NCBI GenBank assembly: GCA_035626155.1
Contig: DASPOF010000070.1
Location: 12,619-76,618 of the forward strand
Length of the DNA: 64,000 nucleotides
Direction: 5' to 3'
Origin: Candidatus Binataceae bacterium
GTDB taxonomy: Bacteria > Desulfobacterota > Binatia > Binatales > Binataceae
A program made the translations under genes and the position numbers. Under the pieces are notes generated by a model. It worked only from the letters and a program-made list of their open reading frames with translations. It was not told where the DNA came from and made no database searches. Positions 18,921-29,691 of the stretch are shown one piece after another (position 1 is the first letter of the stretch; every line of letters starts with the position of its first letter).

Positions 18921-19517
18921 TCAGCCGCGGGCTTTGCGTTCGAGCTTGCGCAGGCGCTGGCCGTGATCGCGCGTCTCGACCGTGATGCGATCATCGAAGC
19001 GGTCGAACTTGCGCGCGAGGTTCTGGACCGCCTTGTTGGTCTTGCCGATCTCGGCGCCGAGCTTCTTTGCGGCAAGCTCGGCGGCGGAAGCGATTTCGCG
19101 CTTGAGGGACTGGGCGGTTTCGGCGGCTGCCTCGCGATCGGCCATTGAGGTTCGCAGCGCGGCTTCCTGAGCGGCTGCCGGCGCCGGCTCGCGCGCATGC
19201 TCGCGCACCGAGGCATCGATTGCGCCCATCTGTTCGCGAAACTCGACGCGCGTCTTGCCAAGCGCCTCGCCCAGCCGCACCATCTCCGCGCTCAAATCGG
19301 CGCGCAGAGCGGCGATGCCCATGCGATTCTCGGCGATCTGGTCCGAGAGAAACCGTATCTGGCTTCCGACCTCGGCGAATTGACCGAACAGCTCCTCGCG
19401 CAGCGAGTCGAGCCTCCCGCCGAAACCGGAAACCGCCTCGACCACCAGCTCGAAGCGCGCGCCGAGTTCCTCGAGCAGCGTGCCGAGCCTTGCCACACCG
19501 TCTTCAGCCACCGCCAT
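18921..19517 (-). CDS. Hypothetical coiled-coil protein.
   Basis: A 198-aa Ala/Glu/Arg-rich heptad-like sequence with no catalytic motifs. Confidence 0.45.
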   Translation of the reverse strand: MAVAEDGVARLGTLLEELGARFELVVEAVSGFGGRLDSLREELFGQFAEVGSQIRFLSDQIAENRMGIAALRADLSAEMVRLGEALGKTRVEFREQMGAIDASVREHAREPAPAAAQEAALRTSMADREAAAETAQSLKREIASAAELAAKKLGAEIGKTNKAVQNLARKFDRFDDRITVETRDHGQRLRKLERKARG

Positions 19518-19526
19518 GCTCCTCGC

Positions 19527-20267
19527 CTAGTGGACTACCATGCCAAACCGGCTCCAGCGCACCGGAATCAGGCTCGCGCCGTCGCTATCCCACGACCAGT
19601 AGATGACCAGCGCGCGGCCTTCGATGTCGTTCTGATCGACGAAGCCCCAAAAGCGGCTGTCGTAGCTGCGATCGCGATTATCGCCCATTACTAAAACCTT
19701 CCCCGGCGGCACCGTGACCGGGCCAAAGTTGTCGCGCGGCGAGGTTCCCGACCGCTCGTAGGGCGGCACCTCGAAATGCGCGTGCGGATCGTCGATCGGC
19801 TTGCCATTGACCCATACGACGGCGTTGCGGACCTGAACCAAATCACCAGGGGTTCCAATGACGCGCTTGATAAAGTCCTTGGTGCGGTCGAGCGGAAAGA
19901 CCAGCACCACGACGTCGCCGCGTTCGACCGGCTTTAGCCGGAACAGGTAGGTCGGGTGCCGCATGCCCGGGACCTGGAGGTTCAGGATCGAGTCCGGGAT
20001 CCGCAGCCCGTAGATCAGCTTGTTGACCAGGATATGGTCGCCCACCAGGAGCGTCGGCTCCATCGAGCCCGACGGGATCTTGTAGGCCTGGATGAGGAAG
20101 GTGCGGATGATGATCGCGAGCACGAGCGCGATCGTGAGCGCCTCGGCATACTCGCGGACTACTGATTTCTGCGCGGCCGGGGCGCCTTCCGAGCCTTCAG
20201 GAGGCGTCTCGGCCGGCGTCTCGAGCATCTCGGGGGGCTTTTCGAGCATGGGAGCGGATTCCGCCAT
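19527..20267 (-). CDS. lepB: Signal peptidase I.
   Basis: ...IPSGSMEPTLLVGDHILVNK... (catalytic Ser), ...KRVIGTPGD... (Lys box) and ...VMGDNRDRSYDSRFWG.... I took the start at MAESAPML. The upstream part of the ORF overlaps the lepA 3' end in another frame. Confidence 0.8.
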   Translation of the reverse strand: MAESAPMLEKPPEMLETPAETPPEGSEGAPAAQKSVVREYAEALTIALVLAIIIRTFLIQAYKIPSGSMEPTLLVGDHILVNKLIYGLRIPDSILNLQVPGMRHPTYLFRLKPVERGDVVVLVFPLDRTKDFIKRVIGTPGDLVQVRNAVVWVNGKPIDDPHAHFEVPPYERSGTSPRDNFGPVTVPPGKVLVMGDNRDRSYDSRFWGFVDQNDIEGRALVIYWSWDSDGASLIPVRWSRFGMVVH

Positions 20268-20272
20268 CAGCG

Positions 20273-22075
20273 CTACTCCCCGACCCTGAGCAGAGCCAGA
20301 AAGGCTTCCTGCGGAATTTCGACTCGACCCACCTGCTTCATCCGCTTCTTGCCTTCCTTCTGCTTCTCGAGGAGCTTGCGCTTGCGCGTGATATCGCCCC
20401 CGTAACACTTCGCCGTAACATTCTTGCGCAGCGGCTTGACCGACTCGCGCGCGATAATCTTGGCGCCAATCGCCGCCTGAATCGCCACCTCGAACATCTG
20501 GCGCGGAATCAGTTGGCGTAACTTCTCGCACAGCGCGCGGCCCCGTTCGTAGGACTTCTCGCGATGCACGATTATCGAGAGCGCGTCAACGACCTCGCCG
20601 TTGATCCGGATATCCAATTTAACCAGAGGCCCGGCCCTGAAGTCCAGAAACTCATAATCGAGCGATGCATAACCGCGGCTGACCGACTTGAGACGATCAT
20701 AAAAGTCGAACACGATCTCGGCCAGCGGCAATTCGTAGTGCAGAATGACGCGCTTTTCGCCCAGGTAGCGCAGGTCGCGCTGGAGGCCCCGTCGCTCCTC
20801 GCACAGCTTCATGATCGCGCCCAGGTACTCATCGGGGGTGTGAATCGATGCGAGAATGAACGGCTCCTCGATCGCCTCGATCTGGCCCTCGGGCGGCAGC
20901 GCCGCGGGATTATCGACCATGGCGGTCTCGCCCGAAATCATCCGCACCCGGTATGCGACCGTCGGCGCGGTAACGATGAGGTTGATTCCGAATTCGCGTT
21001 CGAGCCTTTCTTGGGCGATATCCATGTGCAGCAGGCCGAGGAATCCCGCGCGAAATCCGAAGCCCAGCGCTTGCGATGACTCCGGCTCGCAAATCAGGCT
21101 CGCGTCGTTGAGCCTGAGCTTCTCGATCGCATCGCGCAGCGCGCCATACTGGTTCGCCTCGGTCGGATAGAGCCCGGCGAAAACCATCGGCTTCAATTCC
21201 TTGAATCCGGGAAGCGGCTCCGGGGCGGGATGGTCCGCATCGGTGACGGTATCGCCGACGCGCATATCGGCGACCGCCTTGATCCCGGAGACGACGAAGC
21301 CGACCTCGCCCGGTCCGAGCGATTCGGCCACCCGCTCGTGCGGCGTGAAATGCCCCAGGCGCATCACCTCGCCGGTCTTGCCGGTCGCCATGAGGAGCAC
21401 CTTCATGCCGGTCCGAAGCTCGCCGCTGAAGACGCGCACCAGCGCGATCGCGCCGGCGTAGCTGTCGTACCAACTGTCGAAGATGAGCGCGCGGAGCGGC
21501 TGGCCGGGCGCCGCCCCGGGCGCGGGCACCCGGGCGACGATCGCCTCGAGCACGTCATCGATCCCGATCCCCTCCTTGGCGCTGGTCAGGATCGCGCCGG
21601 CGGCGCTAAGTCCGATTATCTCTTCGATTTGGCGGCGAGTCCGCTCGACGTCCGCGCTTGGAAGATCGATCTTGTTGATGACCGGGATAATTTCGAGTCC
21701 GTGGTCTAGCGCGAGATAGACGTTGGCGAGCGTCTGCGCCTCCACTCCCTGGCTCGCATCGACCACCAGCAGCGCGCCCTCGCACGCGACCAGGCTGCGC
21801 GAGACCTCGTAGGCGAAATCGACGTGGCCCGGCGTGTCGATCAGGTTGAGGACGTACGTGTTGCCGTCCGCGGCCACGTAGTTCAGGCGGACCGAGCGAG
21901 CCTTGATCGTGATCCCGCGCTCGCGTTCGAGGTCCATCGAGTCGAGGAACTGCTCCTTCTGCTCGCGCTTCGAGATCGCACCGGTGCGCTCGAGCAATCG
22001 ATCGGCAAGCGTGGACTTGCCGTGGTCGATATGCGCGATGATGCAGAAGTTGCGAATCGAGGCCGGGTCCGTCAT
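20273..22075 (-). CDS. lepA: Elongation factor 4 (LepA).
   Basis: ...[22 protein letters not shown]... (a GTPase G1 motif) and the full LepA length. I took the start at [10 protein letters not shown]. The ATG at 22075 makes an ATGA overlap with the upstream epimerase stop. Confidence 0.9.
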   Translation of the reverse strand: MTDPASIRNFCIIAHIDHGKSTLADRLLERTGAISKREQKEQFLDSMDLERERGITIKARSVRLNYVAADGNTYVLNLIDTPGHVDFAYEVSRSLVACEGALLVVDASQGVEAQTLANVYLALDHGLEIIPVINKIDLPSADVERTRRQIEEIIGLSAAGAILTSAKEGIGIDDVLEAIVARVPAPGAAPGQPLRALIFDSWYDSYAGAIALVRVFSGELRTGMKVLLMATGKTGEVMRLGHFTPHERVAESLGPGEVGFVVSGIKAVADMRVGDTVTDADHPAPEPLPGFKELKPMVFAGLYPTEANQYGALRDAIEKLRLNDASLICEPESSQALGFGFRAGFLGLLHMDIAQERLEREFGINLIVTAPTVAYRVRMISGETAMVDNPAALPPEGQIEAIEEPFILASIHTPDEYLGAIMKLCEERRGLQRDLRYLGEKRVILHYELPLAEIVFDFYDRLKSVSRGYASLDYEFLDFRAGPLVKLDIRINGEVVDALSIIVHREKSYERGRALCEKLRQLIPRQMFEVAIQAAIGAKIIARESVKPLRKNVTAKCYGGDITRKRKLLEKQKEGKKRMKQVGRVEIPQEAFLALLRVGE

Positions 22076-23016
22076 CCGCCCTGATGCCCCTTGAGTTCCC
22101 GAAAATAGTGGAAGGTCTCCGCGAGCCCCTCGCGCATCGGGACGCGCGGACGCCACCCCAGCACTTTCTCCGCGCGGGCGGGTGAAATCACCGAGCGGCG
22201 CTGCTCTCCGGGCCGGGCAGGCGCATACTCGGCCGGCCGCGCCTCCCCCGCTATCGCGGCCAGTTGGGCGTGGAGCGTGTTCACGTCGGTCTCCACGCCG
22301 GTTCCGATGTTGAGCGCCATCCCCGATGCGTTCGAGGTCAATGCAGCGACGTTCGCGCGCACGACGTCGTCCACGTACACGTAATCGCGGGTCTGTTTGC
22401 CGTCGCCGAAGATCGTCACCGGGCGGCCTTCGAGGATCCGCGCGCTGAAGATCGCCACGACGCCGGCCTCGCCGTGCGGGTCCTGGCGCGGCCCATAGAC
22501 GTTGGCGTAGCGCAGGGCCAGATAGTCGATCCCGTACTGCACGTGGTAGAAGAAAAGGTATGACTCGGTGGCGAGCTTCGCGACGCCGTAGGGGCTGACG
22601 GGGCGGCGCGGATGATCCTCGTCGCAGGGAAATGCCTCCTGCTCTCCGTAAATCGCGCCGCCCGTCGATGAGAAAATCACGCGCCTTAAGCCGTTGCGCC
22701 TTGCCGCCTCTATCAGGTGGAGAAATCCGACCAGGTTGATTTGGGCGTCCAGTGCGGGGTCTGACACCGAACGGCGCACGTCCATTTGCGCCGCGAAATG
22801 GTAGATCACCTCGGGCCGCTCGCGATCGATTACCTGGGTGACCTCGCCCACATCGCGCAAGTCCGCGCGGTAGAAGCGCGCCGACGGATTAACCTGCCGG
22901 CGCTTGCCTGCCGAGAGGTCATCGAGCACGGCGACCTCGCCGAGCCCGGCACGGATCAATTCATCGACCGTATGCGATCCGATAAACCCTGCGCCGCCGG
23001 TTACGAGTATCCGCAT
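22072..23016 (-). CDS. NAD-dependent nucleotide-sugar epimerase (GalE/WbpP-like SDR). It is possibly a UDP-glucuronate 4-epimerase.
   Basis: [15 protein letters not shown]... (a Rossmann fold), ...[10 protein letters not shown]... and the catalytic YxxxK motif ...[11 protein letters not shown].... Confidence 0.8.
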   Translation of the reverse strand: MRILVTGGAGFIGSHTVDELIRAGLGEVAVLDDLSAGKRRQVNPSARFYRADLRDVGEVTQVIDRERPEVIYHFAAQMDVRRSVSDPALDAQINLVGFLHLIEAARRNGLRRVIFSSTGGAIYGEQEAFPCDEDHPRRPVSPYGVAKLATESYLFFYHVQYGIDYLALRYANVYGPRQDPHGEAGVVAIFSARILEGRPVTIFGDGKQTRDYVYVDDVVRANVAALTSNASGMALNIGTGVETDVNTLHAQLAAIAGEARPAEYAPARPGEQRRSVISPARAEKVLGWRPRVPMREGLAETFHYFRELKGHQGG

Positions 23017-23029
23017 CGCCGGCCTCCTC

Positions 23030-24337
23030 TCAGACTGCCGGGCGTCCGATCGAGTAGTACCTGAAGTCGAGCGCCTTCATCAGATCTAAATCATACAGGT
23101 TGCGCCCGTCGAATATCACCGGCTGCTTGAGCTCCGCCTTGATGCGCTGGAAGTTCGGATGGCGGAACTCGTTCCATTCGGTGCAGATGATGAGCGCGTC
23201 GGCGCCGCTGAGCGCCTCGTAATTGATCTTGTGGAAGGTCACCCGGTTGCCCAGCAGGCGGCGCGCGTTGTCGAGCGCCTCGGGGTCGTGGACCTGCACC
23301 GCTGCGCCCGCGGCGAGCAATTCCTCGATAATCACCAGCGAGGGCGCCTCGCGCATGTCGTCGGTGCGCGGTTTGAAGGCGAGTCCCCAGATCGCGAACA
23401 CGCGGCCGCGCAAATCCGCGCCGAAGTGCTGCTTGACGCGCGCCGGCAGGAGCCGCTTCTGGCGCGCGTTGACCGACTCGGCGGCCTTGAGCAGCCCGAA
23501 ATCGAGCCGATGCTCGGCCGCAGTGTGAATCAGCGCCTGCACGTCCTTGGGGAAGCAGGAGCCGCCGTAGCCGACGCCGGGGAACAGGTATGACGAGCCG
23601 ATGCGGCGGTCGGAGCCGAGTCCACGGCGGACCGCGTTGATGTCCGTGCCCGCGGCCTCGCACAGATTCGCCATCTCGTTGATGAACGAGATCTTGAGCG
23701 CGAGCATCGCGTTGCATGCGTACTTGGTGATTTCGGCGGAGCGCGGGTCCATCACGATGATCGGGTTGTCGGTGCGGACGAATGGCGAATGGATCTCGCG
23801 CAGGATCGCGCTGGCGCGCTCGCTCAGGCTCCCGATAATCACCCGATCGGGACGCATGAAGTCCTCGATCGCGGAGCCTTCCTTGAGAAATTCCGGCACC
23901 GAGCAAACATCGACGGAGTGCCGCGCGTGACGCCCCACGATCTCGCGCACGCGGTCGTTGGTGCCGACCGGGACGGTGCTCTTGACCGCCAGGATGTGGT
24001 ACCCGGTTACCGCCTTGGCGATTTGTTCGGCCGCCCCGAACACGGCGCTTAAGTCCGCGGCCCCGTCAGCGCTCATCGGGGTTCCGACCGCGATGAAGGA
24101 GACCATCGATTGCGCAATCGCCGCGCCCGTGTCGGTCGTGAAGCGCAGCCGCCCCTCCTTCATGTTGCGGCGCACCAGCTCTTCGAGTCCGGGTTCATAG
24201 AACGGGACCTTCCCGTCCTGGAGAGCGGCGATTCGGCCGGCATCGATATCGACGCAAACGACCTCGTTGCCGCTCTCGGCATAGCAGGTGCCGCTCACCA
24301 GCCCGACGTACCCGGTTCCGATCACTGCGATATTCAT
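23030..24337 (-). CDS. ugd: UDP-glucose 6-dehydrogenase.
   Basis: MNIAVIGTGYVGLVSG... with ...GGSCFPKD... (catalytic Cys). 435 aa. The N-terminal ORF extension is rejected. Confidence 0.9.
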   Translation of the reverse strand: MNIAVIGTGYVGLVSGTCYAESGNEVVCVDIDAGRIAALQDGKVPFYEPGLEELVRRNMKEGRLRFTTDTGAAIAQSMVSFIAVGTPMSADGAADLSAVFGAAEQIAKAVTGYHILAVKSTVPVGTNDRVREIVGRHARHSVDVCSVPEFLKEGSAIEDFMRPDRVIIGSLSERASAILREIHSPFVRTDNPIIVMDPRSAEITKYACNAMLALKISFINEMANLCEAAGTDINAVRRGLGSDRRIGSSYLFPGVGYGGSCFPKDVQALIHTAAEHRLDFGLLKAAESVNARQKRLLPARVKQHFGADLRGRVFAIWGLAFKPRTDDMREAPSLVIIEELLAAGAAVQVHDPEALDNARRLLGNRVTFHKINYEALSGADALIICTEWNEFRHPNFQRIKAELKQPVIFDGRNLYDLDLMKALDFRYYSIGRPAV

Positions 24338-24348
24338 CCAAGCATCCT

Positions 24349-25287
24349 CTAGAGTTCCTCTTTGATCACGTAAATCTGCTTGCTCTGGGACTCGTGGTAG
24401 GTGCGCGCGAGCATCTCGCCCAGAAGTCCGAGGCTCACGAACTGCACGCCGACCACCACGAGGAGCACGGCCAGCAACAGCGCGGGACGGTCGCCCAGCG
24501 GGCGGCCGAGCACGATTTTTTCGAACACCAGCCACGCCGTCCACAGCGAGCCGAGCGCGCCGAGCACCACGCCGATCGCGCCGAACACCTGGATCGGGCG
24601 CGTGGAGTAGCCCGACAGAAATTTGACCGTTATCAGGTCGAGAAGCGTGCGCAGGATTCGGCCCGGGCCATACTTCGACCGGCCGGAGCGGCGCGGCCGG
24701 AAGTTCACCTCGACCTCGGCGATGCGCGCGCCCTGTTCGGCCGCGATCGCCGGGACGAACCGATGCATCTCGCCGTAAAGCATGAGCCGGCGCGCAAGGT
24801 CGCCCCGGTAGGCCTTCAGCGTGCATCCGTAATCGTGGAGCGGCACGCCGGTAATCCGCGAGATGAGGGCGTTGGCCGCGACCGACGGCAGCCGGCGCGT
24901 CAGCGTGGCGCCGCGCCAGCGCTCGGTGCGCCATCCGCTGACCAGATCGTAGCCCTCATCGAGCTTTGCGAGCAGGCGCGGAATGTCGGCCGGGTCGTTT
25001 TCTCCATCGCCGTCGATCGCGACGACGATCCCGCCGGCGGCGCTGCGCAATCCGCACGCCAGCCCCGCAGTCTGCCCGTAATTGCGCGCAAGCCGGATCA
25101 CGCGGACGTGCGAATCGGATGACTTGATCCTGCCGAGTACGTCGGCGCTGCCGTCGGTTGAGCCGTCATCGATGAATACGATCTCGTAGGAGCGGCCGAG
25201 GCCCTCCATCACGCGCGTCAATTCCTCGTGCAGCGGGGCCAGATTGTCCCGCTCGTTGTACAGCGGGACGACTACTGAGAGGTCCAT
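24349..25287 (-). CDS. GT2-family polyprenyl-phosphate glycosyltransferase (ArnC/DPM1/RgtE-like) with C-terminal TM helices.
   Basis: ...VVVPLYNERDNL...EIVFIDDGSTDGS... and ...AIDGDGENDP... (a DxD motif), with 2 C-terminal TM helices ...IGVVLGALGSLWTAWLVF...LLAVLLVVVGVQFVSLGLLGE.... Confidence 0.85.
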   Translation of the reverse strand: MDLSVVVPLYNERDNLAPLHEELTRVMEGLGRSYEIVFIDDGSTDGSADVLGRIKSSDSHVRVIRLARNYGQTAGLACGLRSAAGGIVVAIDGDGENDPADIPRLLAKLDEGYDLVSGWRTERWRGATLTRRLPSVAANALISRITGVPLHDYGCTLKAYRGDLARRLMLYGEMHRFVPAIAAEQGARIAEVEVNFRPRRSGRSKYGPGRILRTLLDLITVKFLSGYSTRPIQVFGAIGVVLGALGSLWTAWLVFEKIVLGRPLGDRPALLLAVLLVVVGVQFVSLGLLGEMLARTYHESQSKQIYVIKEEL

Positions 25288-26195
25288 CGCGAATGGTGGG
25301 AATCGGTCAAATCGATGAACGCGCGGTAGCGCCGGTCGATCTCTTCCCAGGTGAGATCGGCAAGGCGGTCGAGCGAGAATTTTTCCACCGCGAACGACGC
25401 CATCACGCTCCCGTACACGACCCCGGTGCGCAGCGCGGATTCATCGAATCGCGCGGCGCGCGCGAGGTACCCCATCAGGCCGCCGGCGAAAGTGTCGCCT
25501 GCGCCGGTTGGATCGACCACCTCTTCCAGCGGATAGGCGGGCACCGCGAACATCCCCTCGCGGCTGAACTGGAGAACCCCGTATTCGCCGCGCTTGATCA
25601 GCACCGAGCGCGGACCCAGCCGCAGGATCGCGCGGCCCGCCTTGACCAGGTTGTGCTCGCCGCTTAGCAGGCGCGCCTCTTCGTCGTTGAGGGTGATGAT
25701 GTCGAGGCGCGGCATGAGCCGTTTGAGCGCCGGTCCCTCCTCCGCAATCCAGTGATTCATCGTGTCGCCGGCTACCAGCTTGGCGCTGGTAACCTGTTCG
25801 AGCACGCCCTCCTGGAGCTCGGGAGCGATATTTCCCAGAAAAAGGTAATCGCAACGCCGTTGGTCGGGGAGCAGCTTGGGCATGAACCCCTCGAAGACGT
25901 TCATCTCGAGATTGATCGTGTCGCGCAGGTTCATGTCCTCGTGGTAGCGCCCGTGCCAGCGGAAAGTCTTGCCCGGGCGGCGCTCCAATCCGCGGAGATC
26001 GATATTCCGGTTAGCCAGGAACTGCTGGTGCTCGGGCTTGAAGTCGACGCCCACGACCGCGACTACGCTGACCGGCGCAAAAAACCGCGCGGCGACCGAG
26101 AAGAAGCTCGCCGAGCCTCCCAACGCCTCGGTCACGCCGCCATGGCCGGTTTCGACCGTGTCGTACGCGACCGATCCAACTACTACGATACTCAT
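25272..26195 (-). CDS. PfkB-family carbohydrate or nucleoside kinase (ribokinase-like).
   Basis: MSIVVVGSVAYDTVE... and ...DPTGAGDTFAGGL... (the PfkB signature). The start is trimmed to MSIVV. Confidence 0.75.
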   Translation of the reverse strand: MSIVVVGSVAYDTVETGHGGVTEALGGSASFFSVAARFFAPVSVVAVVGVDFKPEHQQFLANRNIDLRGLERRPGKTFRWHGRYHEDMNLRDTINLEMNVFEGFMPKLLPDQRRCDYLFLGNIAPELQEGVLEQVTSAKLVAGDTMNHWIAEEGPALKRLMPRLDIITLNDEEARLLSGEHNLVKAGRAILRLGPRSVLIKRGEYGVLQFSREGMFAVPAYPLEEVVDPTGAGDTFAGGLMGYLARAARFDESALRTGVVYGSVMASFAVEKFSLDRLADLTWEEIDRRYRAFIDLTDSHHSRWTSQ

Positions 26196-26220
26196 CCGGC
26201 TGTGCTCTCTCGCGCTACTT

Positions 26221-27087
26221 TCATTGGAGGTATTTTCCGACCAGCGGCGCGAGATCCTGGACGATCTCCGCCGGAATGGCGGCGCGGTCGGTAATGATGG
26301 TGTCCTTGAGCGCGTGCTCGCAGGGGCAAGCCCGCTCGCGCTCGCCAAGCGAGTTGGCCAGATTCATAACTGCCTTCTGCGCGGTCGCGACGTTCGCGTT
26401 CATCACGCGCAAGATCTCGCCAATATCGACCGCACCTACGCTCTCGTGCCAGCAGTCGTAATCGGTCACGAGAGTCAGCACCGCGTAACAGAGTTCCGCC
26501 TCGCGGGCCAGGCGCGCCTCCTGCATTGCGGTCATGCTAATCACATCGACGCCCCAGCTCCGGTAAAGCTGCGATTCTGCGCGCGTCGAGAATTGCGGGC
26601 CCTCCATGCACAGGTACGTGCCGCCCTCATGAATCGTTGCGCCGGTCGCGCCCGCGGCGTCCTTGAGATAGCGGGTGAGATTGGGGCATACCGGGTCGGC
26701 AAGCGAGACGTGAACCACGATCCCGCCGCCGAAGAAAGTCTCGGGCCGCTTGAAGGTGCGATCCACGAACTGATTCGGCAGCACGAGATCGCCCGGCTTG
26801 ATCGACTCCTTCATGCTCCCTGCGGTGCAGACCGAGACGAGATACTCGGCGCCGAGTTTCTTCATTCCGAAGATATTCGCGCGGTAGTTAATCTCGGTCG
26901 GGAGCAGGCGATGGCCCCGGCCGTGGCGCGAGAGAAAAATGACTTCGGTGTCGGCGATCGTCCCGCGCACATAGGGGTCCGACGGCCTGCCAAACGGCGT
27001 GTCGAGCTCGATCGCCTCGACGCGTTCGAGCCCCGGCATCTGGTAGAAGCCGCTGCCGCCGATCACTCCCAGTATTCGTTTAGCCAT
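26221..27087 (-). CDS. mtnP: S-methyl-5'-thioadenosine phosphorylase.
   Basis: MAKRILGVIGGSGFYQMPGL...VIFLSRHGRGHRLLPTEINYRANI.... Confidence 0.85.
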   Translation of the reverse strand: MAKRILGVIGGSGFYQMPGLERVEAIELDTPFGRPSDPYVRGTIADTEVIFLSRHGRGHRLLPTEINYRANIFGMKKLGAEYLVSVCTAGSMKESIKPGDLVLPNQFVDRTFKRPETFFGGGIVVHVSLADPVCPNLTRYLKDAAGATGATIHEGGTYLCMEGPQFSTRAESQLYRSWGVDVISMTAMQEARLAREAELCYAVLTLVTDYDCWHESVGAVDIGEILRVMNANVATAQKAVMNLANSLGERERACPCEHALKDTIITDRAAIPAEIVQDLAPLVGKYLQ

Positions 27088-27154
27088 CTTCGCTTCCCGC
27101 CGCCGCGCCGGCGCCCAAAAAAAGGGTGCGCAGACGCCGCAATTCTCGCGATGC

Positions 27155-28234
27155 CTATGCGCCCGGATGATCCTCAGCGTAGAGCTGTCCGCACGCCGCG
27201 GCGATATCCTGCCCCCGGCTCTCGCGGATGGTAGCGGTCAAATTACCTTTCCGCAGGATCGCTTGAAAGGCCTCCACAGACTGGCGCGGGCTGGTGCGAA
27301 GCGCGGTTCCCTCGAATGGATTGAAGAAGATCAGGTTGACCTTCGCGCGAAGCGGCCCGAGCAGTTTGGCAAGCCGGCGGGCATCGGCGGGCGAATCGTT
27401 TACCCCGGCGAGCATTACGTACTCGAACGTGATCCGGCTGCGGCGCTTGAGCGGCAGCCGCCTGCACGCATCGAGCAGCCGCTCCAGCGGATAGCGCCGG
27501 TTGATGGGCGCCAGCCGGTCGCGCAGCGGATTCGTTGTCGCATGAAGCGAAACCGCAAGGTTGACCGGGATCTCGGCGAGCAGCCGTTCCATCATCGGGA
27601 CCAGCCCGACGGTCGAGACCGTAATCCGCCGCGGCGAGATTCCCATTCCCCACGCGGAGGTCATGATCGTGAGCGTGCGAATGAGCGCCGGATAATTCGC
27701 AAGCGGCTCGCCCATCCCCATGAAGACGAAATTGGTTAGCGCCTCTCCCGGGCCGAGTTCGCGGCGTGCGGCAGGAATCTGACCGAGCATCTCGGCCGCG
27801 GTGAGATTCCGATGGAGTCCCATCCGCGCCGTTGCGCAGAACTCGCACCCCATCGCGCATCCCGCCTGCGACGACATGCAGAGCGTCGTGCGGCCGCCGG
27901 CCGGGATGATGACCGTTTCGATCTCATCGCCGCCGGCCAGGCGCAGCAGGAGCTTCCGCGTGCCATCGTCCGACCGGCTGACCCGCACGGCGGCGGGCAG
28001 GGCGAGCGTGAGGTGCTCTCGCAAGTATGCGCGCAGAGGCGCGGGCAAATCACGCATCGCGTCGATTGACTCGGCGTCCTTCTGATGGAGCCAGTGCGCG
28101 ACCTGGCGGGCGCGATAGGAGCGCTCGCCTGCCGCGGCGACGGCCTGCTCGAGTTCGTCAATCGTCAGGTCGCGCAAGTCGCGCCGCGGGGAGCCGGCGG
28201 CTTGAGCAATTGCGGGAGATGAGGCGGCCATCAC
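27155..28234 (-). CDS. rlmN: 23S rRNA (adenine2503-C2)-methyltransferase and tRNA m2A37 methyltransferase RlmN (radical SAM).
   Basis: ...CMSSQAGCAMGCEFCATA... (a CxxxCxxC motif) with RlmN length and flanks. Confidence 0.9.
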   Translation of the reverse strand: MMAASSPAIAQAAGSPRRDLRDLTIDELEQAVAAAGERSYRARQVAHWLHQKDAESIDAMRDLPAPLRAYLREHLTLALPAAVRVSRSDDGTRKLLLRLAGGDEIETVIIPAGGRTTLCMSSQAGCAMGCEFCATARMGLHRNLTAAEMLGQIPAARRELGPGEALTNFVFMGMGEPLANYPALIRTLTIMTSAWGMGISPRRITVSTVGLVPMMERLLAEIPVNLAVSLHATTNPLRDRLAPINRRYPLERLLDACRRLPLKRRSRITFEYVMLAGVNDSPADARRLAKLLGPLRAKVNLIFFNPFEGTALRTSPRQSVEAFQAILRKGNLTATIRESRGQDIAAACGQLYAEDHPGA

Positions 28235-28351
28235 AATTGATTTTATCGGAAAATGAAGGTCCCGCGCATGGCCGGTCGGGACGGGCAGGCTGCCGGCGAA
28301 ACGGGGGGCTCCGTCGCGGAAGAAAGACTTCTCAGCCGCGGCGGCCGGCTG

Positions 28352-28768
28352 CTACGGCAAGATTTCGACTGCGCTGAAGAAGTAGGCGATCTCGCGCGCC
28401 GCAGTCTCGGGAGCATCCGACCCGTGCACCGCGTTCTTTTCGACGTCGATCCCGAACTCCTTGCGAATCGTTCCGGCCGCTGCTTTAACGGGATCGGTCG
28501 CGCCCATCAGCTCGCGCCATCGCGCGATCGCGCCCTCGCCCTGGAGCACCGCGATTACGACCGGGCCCGACGTCATGTAATCGCACAAGGAGCCGTAAAA
28601 CGGCCGCGCCTTGTGCACGTCATAGAAGGCCTCGGCCTGCGGGCGCGTGATTTGGATCTTGCGCAGAGCGCGAATCGAGAGCCTGGAGGCCTCGATACGT
28701 TTCAGGATGTCGCCCGTCAGGCCGCGCGCGACGGCGTCGGGCTTGATGATCGCAAGGGTTCGTTCCAT
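28352..28768 (-). CDS. ndk: Nucleoside diphosphate kinase.
   Basis: [13 protein letters not shown]...[20 protein letters not shown].... The start is trimmed to MERTL. Confidence 0.9.
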   Translation of the reverse strand: MERTLAIIKPDAVARGLTGDILKRIEASRLSIRALRKIQITRPQAEAFYDVHKARPFYGSLCDYMTSGPVVIAVLQGEGAIARWRELMGATDPVKAAAGTIRKEFGIDVEKNAVHGSDAPETAAREIAYFFSAVEILP

Positions 28769-28794
28769 TTCGATAGAGCTGTCCGGACGCGCGC

Positions 28795-29682
28795 TCAATT
28801 CGCGGGCGCCCTGCCCTCCAACACGGCCTTCATCGTGGTGCCCAACTCGGCAGGACTGTTCGCGACCGTGATTCCGGCAGTCTTGAGCGCCGCGATTTTG
28901 TCCGCCGCGGTACCGCGCCCGCCCGAGATGATCGCTCCGGCATGGCCCATCCGGCGTCCCTTGGGCGCGGTCTGACCGGCAATGAAGGCGACCACGGGCT
29001 TCTTAAAGCTTTGCTTTATATATGCAGCCGCCTCTTCCTCGGCGGTCCCGCCGATCTCGCCGATCATGATGACCGCCCGGGTCGCCCGATCATCGTTGAA
29101 CAATTTGAGCGCATCGATGTGCGACGTGCCCACGATCGGATCGCCGCCGATCCCGAGGCAGGTGGACTGCCCGATGCCGAGCAGGGTCAATTGATGGACG
29201 GCCTCGTAGGTCAGCGTTCCCGAGCGCGACACCACGCCGATATCACCCGGCATGTGGATGTAGCCGGGCATGATGCCGATCTTGCACTCGCCCGGCGTGA
29301 TGATGCCAGGGCAGTTCGGCCCGATCAGGCGCGATCTCCCGGCCTTCAAGTAATGCTTCACCTTCACCATGTCGAGCACCGGGATGCCCTCGGTGATGCA
29401 GATGATGAGTTCGATTCCGGCCGCGGCCGCTTCGAGGATCGCGTCGGCGGAGAACTGCGGCGGGACGTAATTGATGACCGCGTTGGCGCCGGTGGACTTG
29501 CGCGCCTGCTCGACGGTGTTGAAAACCGGAATTCCCTCGAAGTCCGTGCCGCCCTTGCCGGGCACGACCCCGCCGACCATGTTGGTGCCGTACTCGCGGC
29601 AGGCTCGTGTGTGGAACTGGGCCGTCGCGCCGGTGATGCCCTGTGTCAGGACCCGGGTGTTTTTATTTACGAGGATACTCAT
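28795..29682 (-). CDS. sucD: Succinyl-CoA ligase subunit alpha.
   Basis: ...[23 protein letters not shown]... and ...SRSGTLTYE.... Confidence 0.95.
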   Translation of the reverse strand: MSILVNKNTRVLTQGITGATAQFHTRACREYGTNMVGGVVPGKGGTDFEGIPVFNTVEQARKSTGANAVINYVPPQFSADAILEAAAAGIELIICITEGIPVLDMVKVKHYLKAGRSRLIGPNCPGIITPGECKIGIMPGYIHMPGDIGVVSRSGTLTYEAVHQLTLLGIGQSTCLGIGGDPIVGTSHIDALKLFNDDRATRAVIMIGEIGGTAEEEAAAYIKQSFKKPVVAFIAGQTAPKGRRMGHAGAIISGGRGTAADKIAALKTAGITVANSPAELGTTMKAVLEGRAPAN

Positions 29683-29691
29683 CGGGAACCC

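Noticed and set aside
18054-19148. A 364-aa plus-strand ORF.
   Set aside because: It is antisense to pyrR and the coiled-coil gene, and it spans the attenuator. Its composition is shadow-like.
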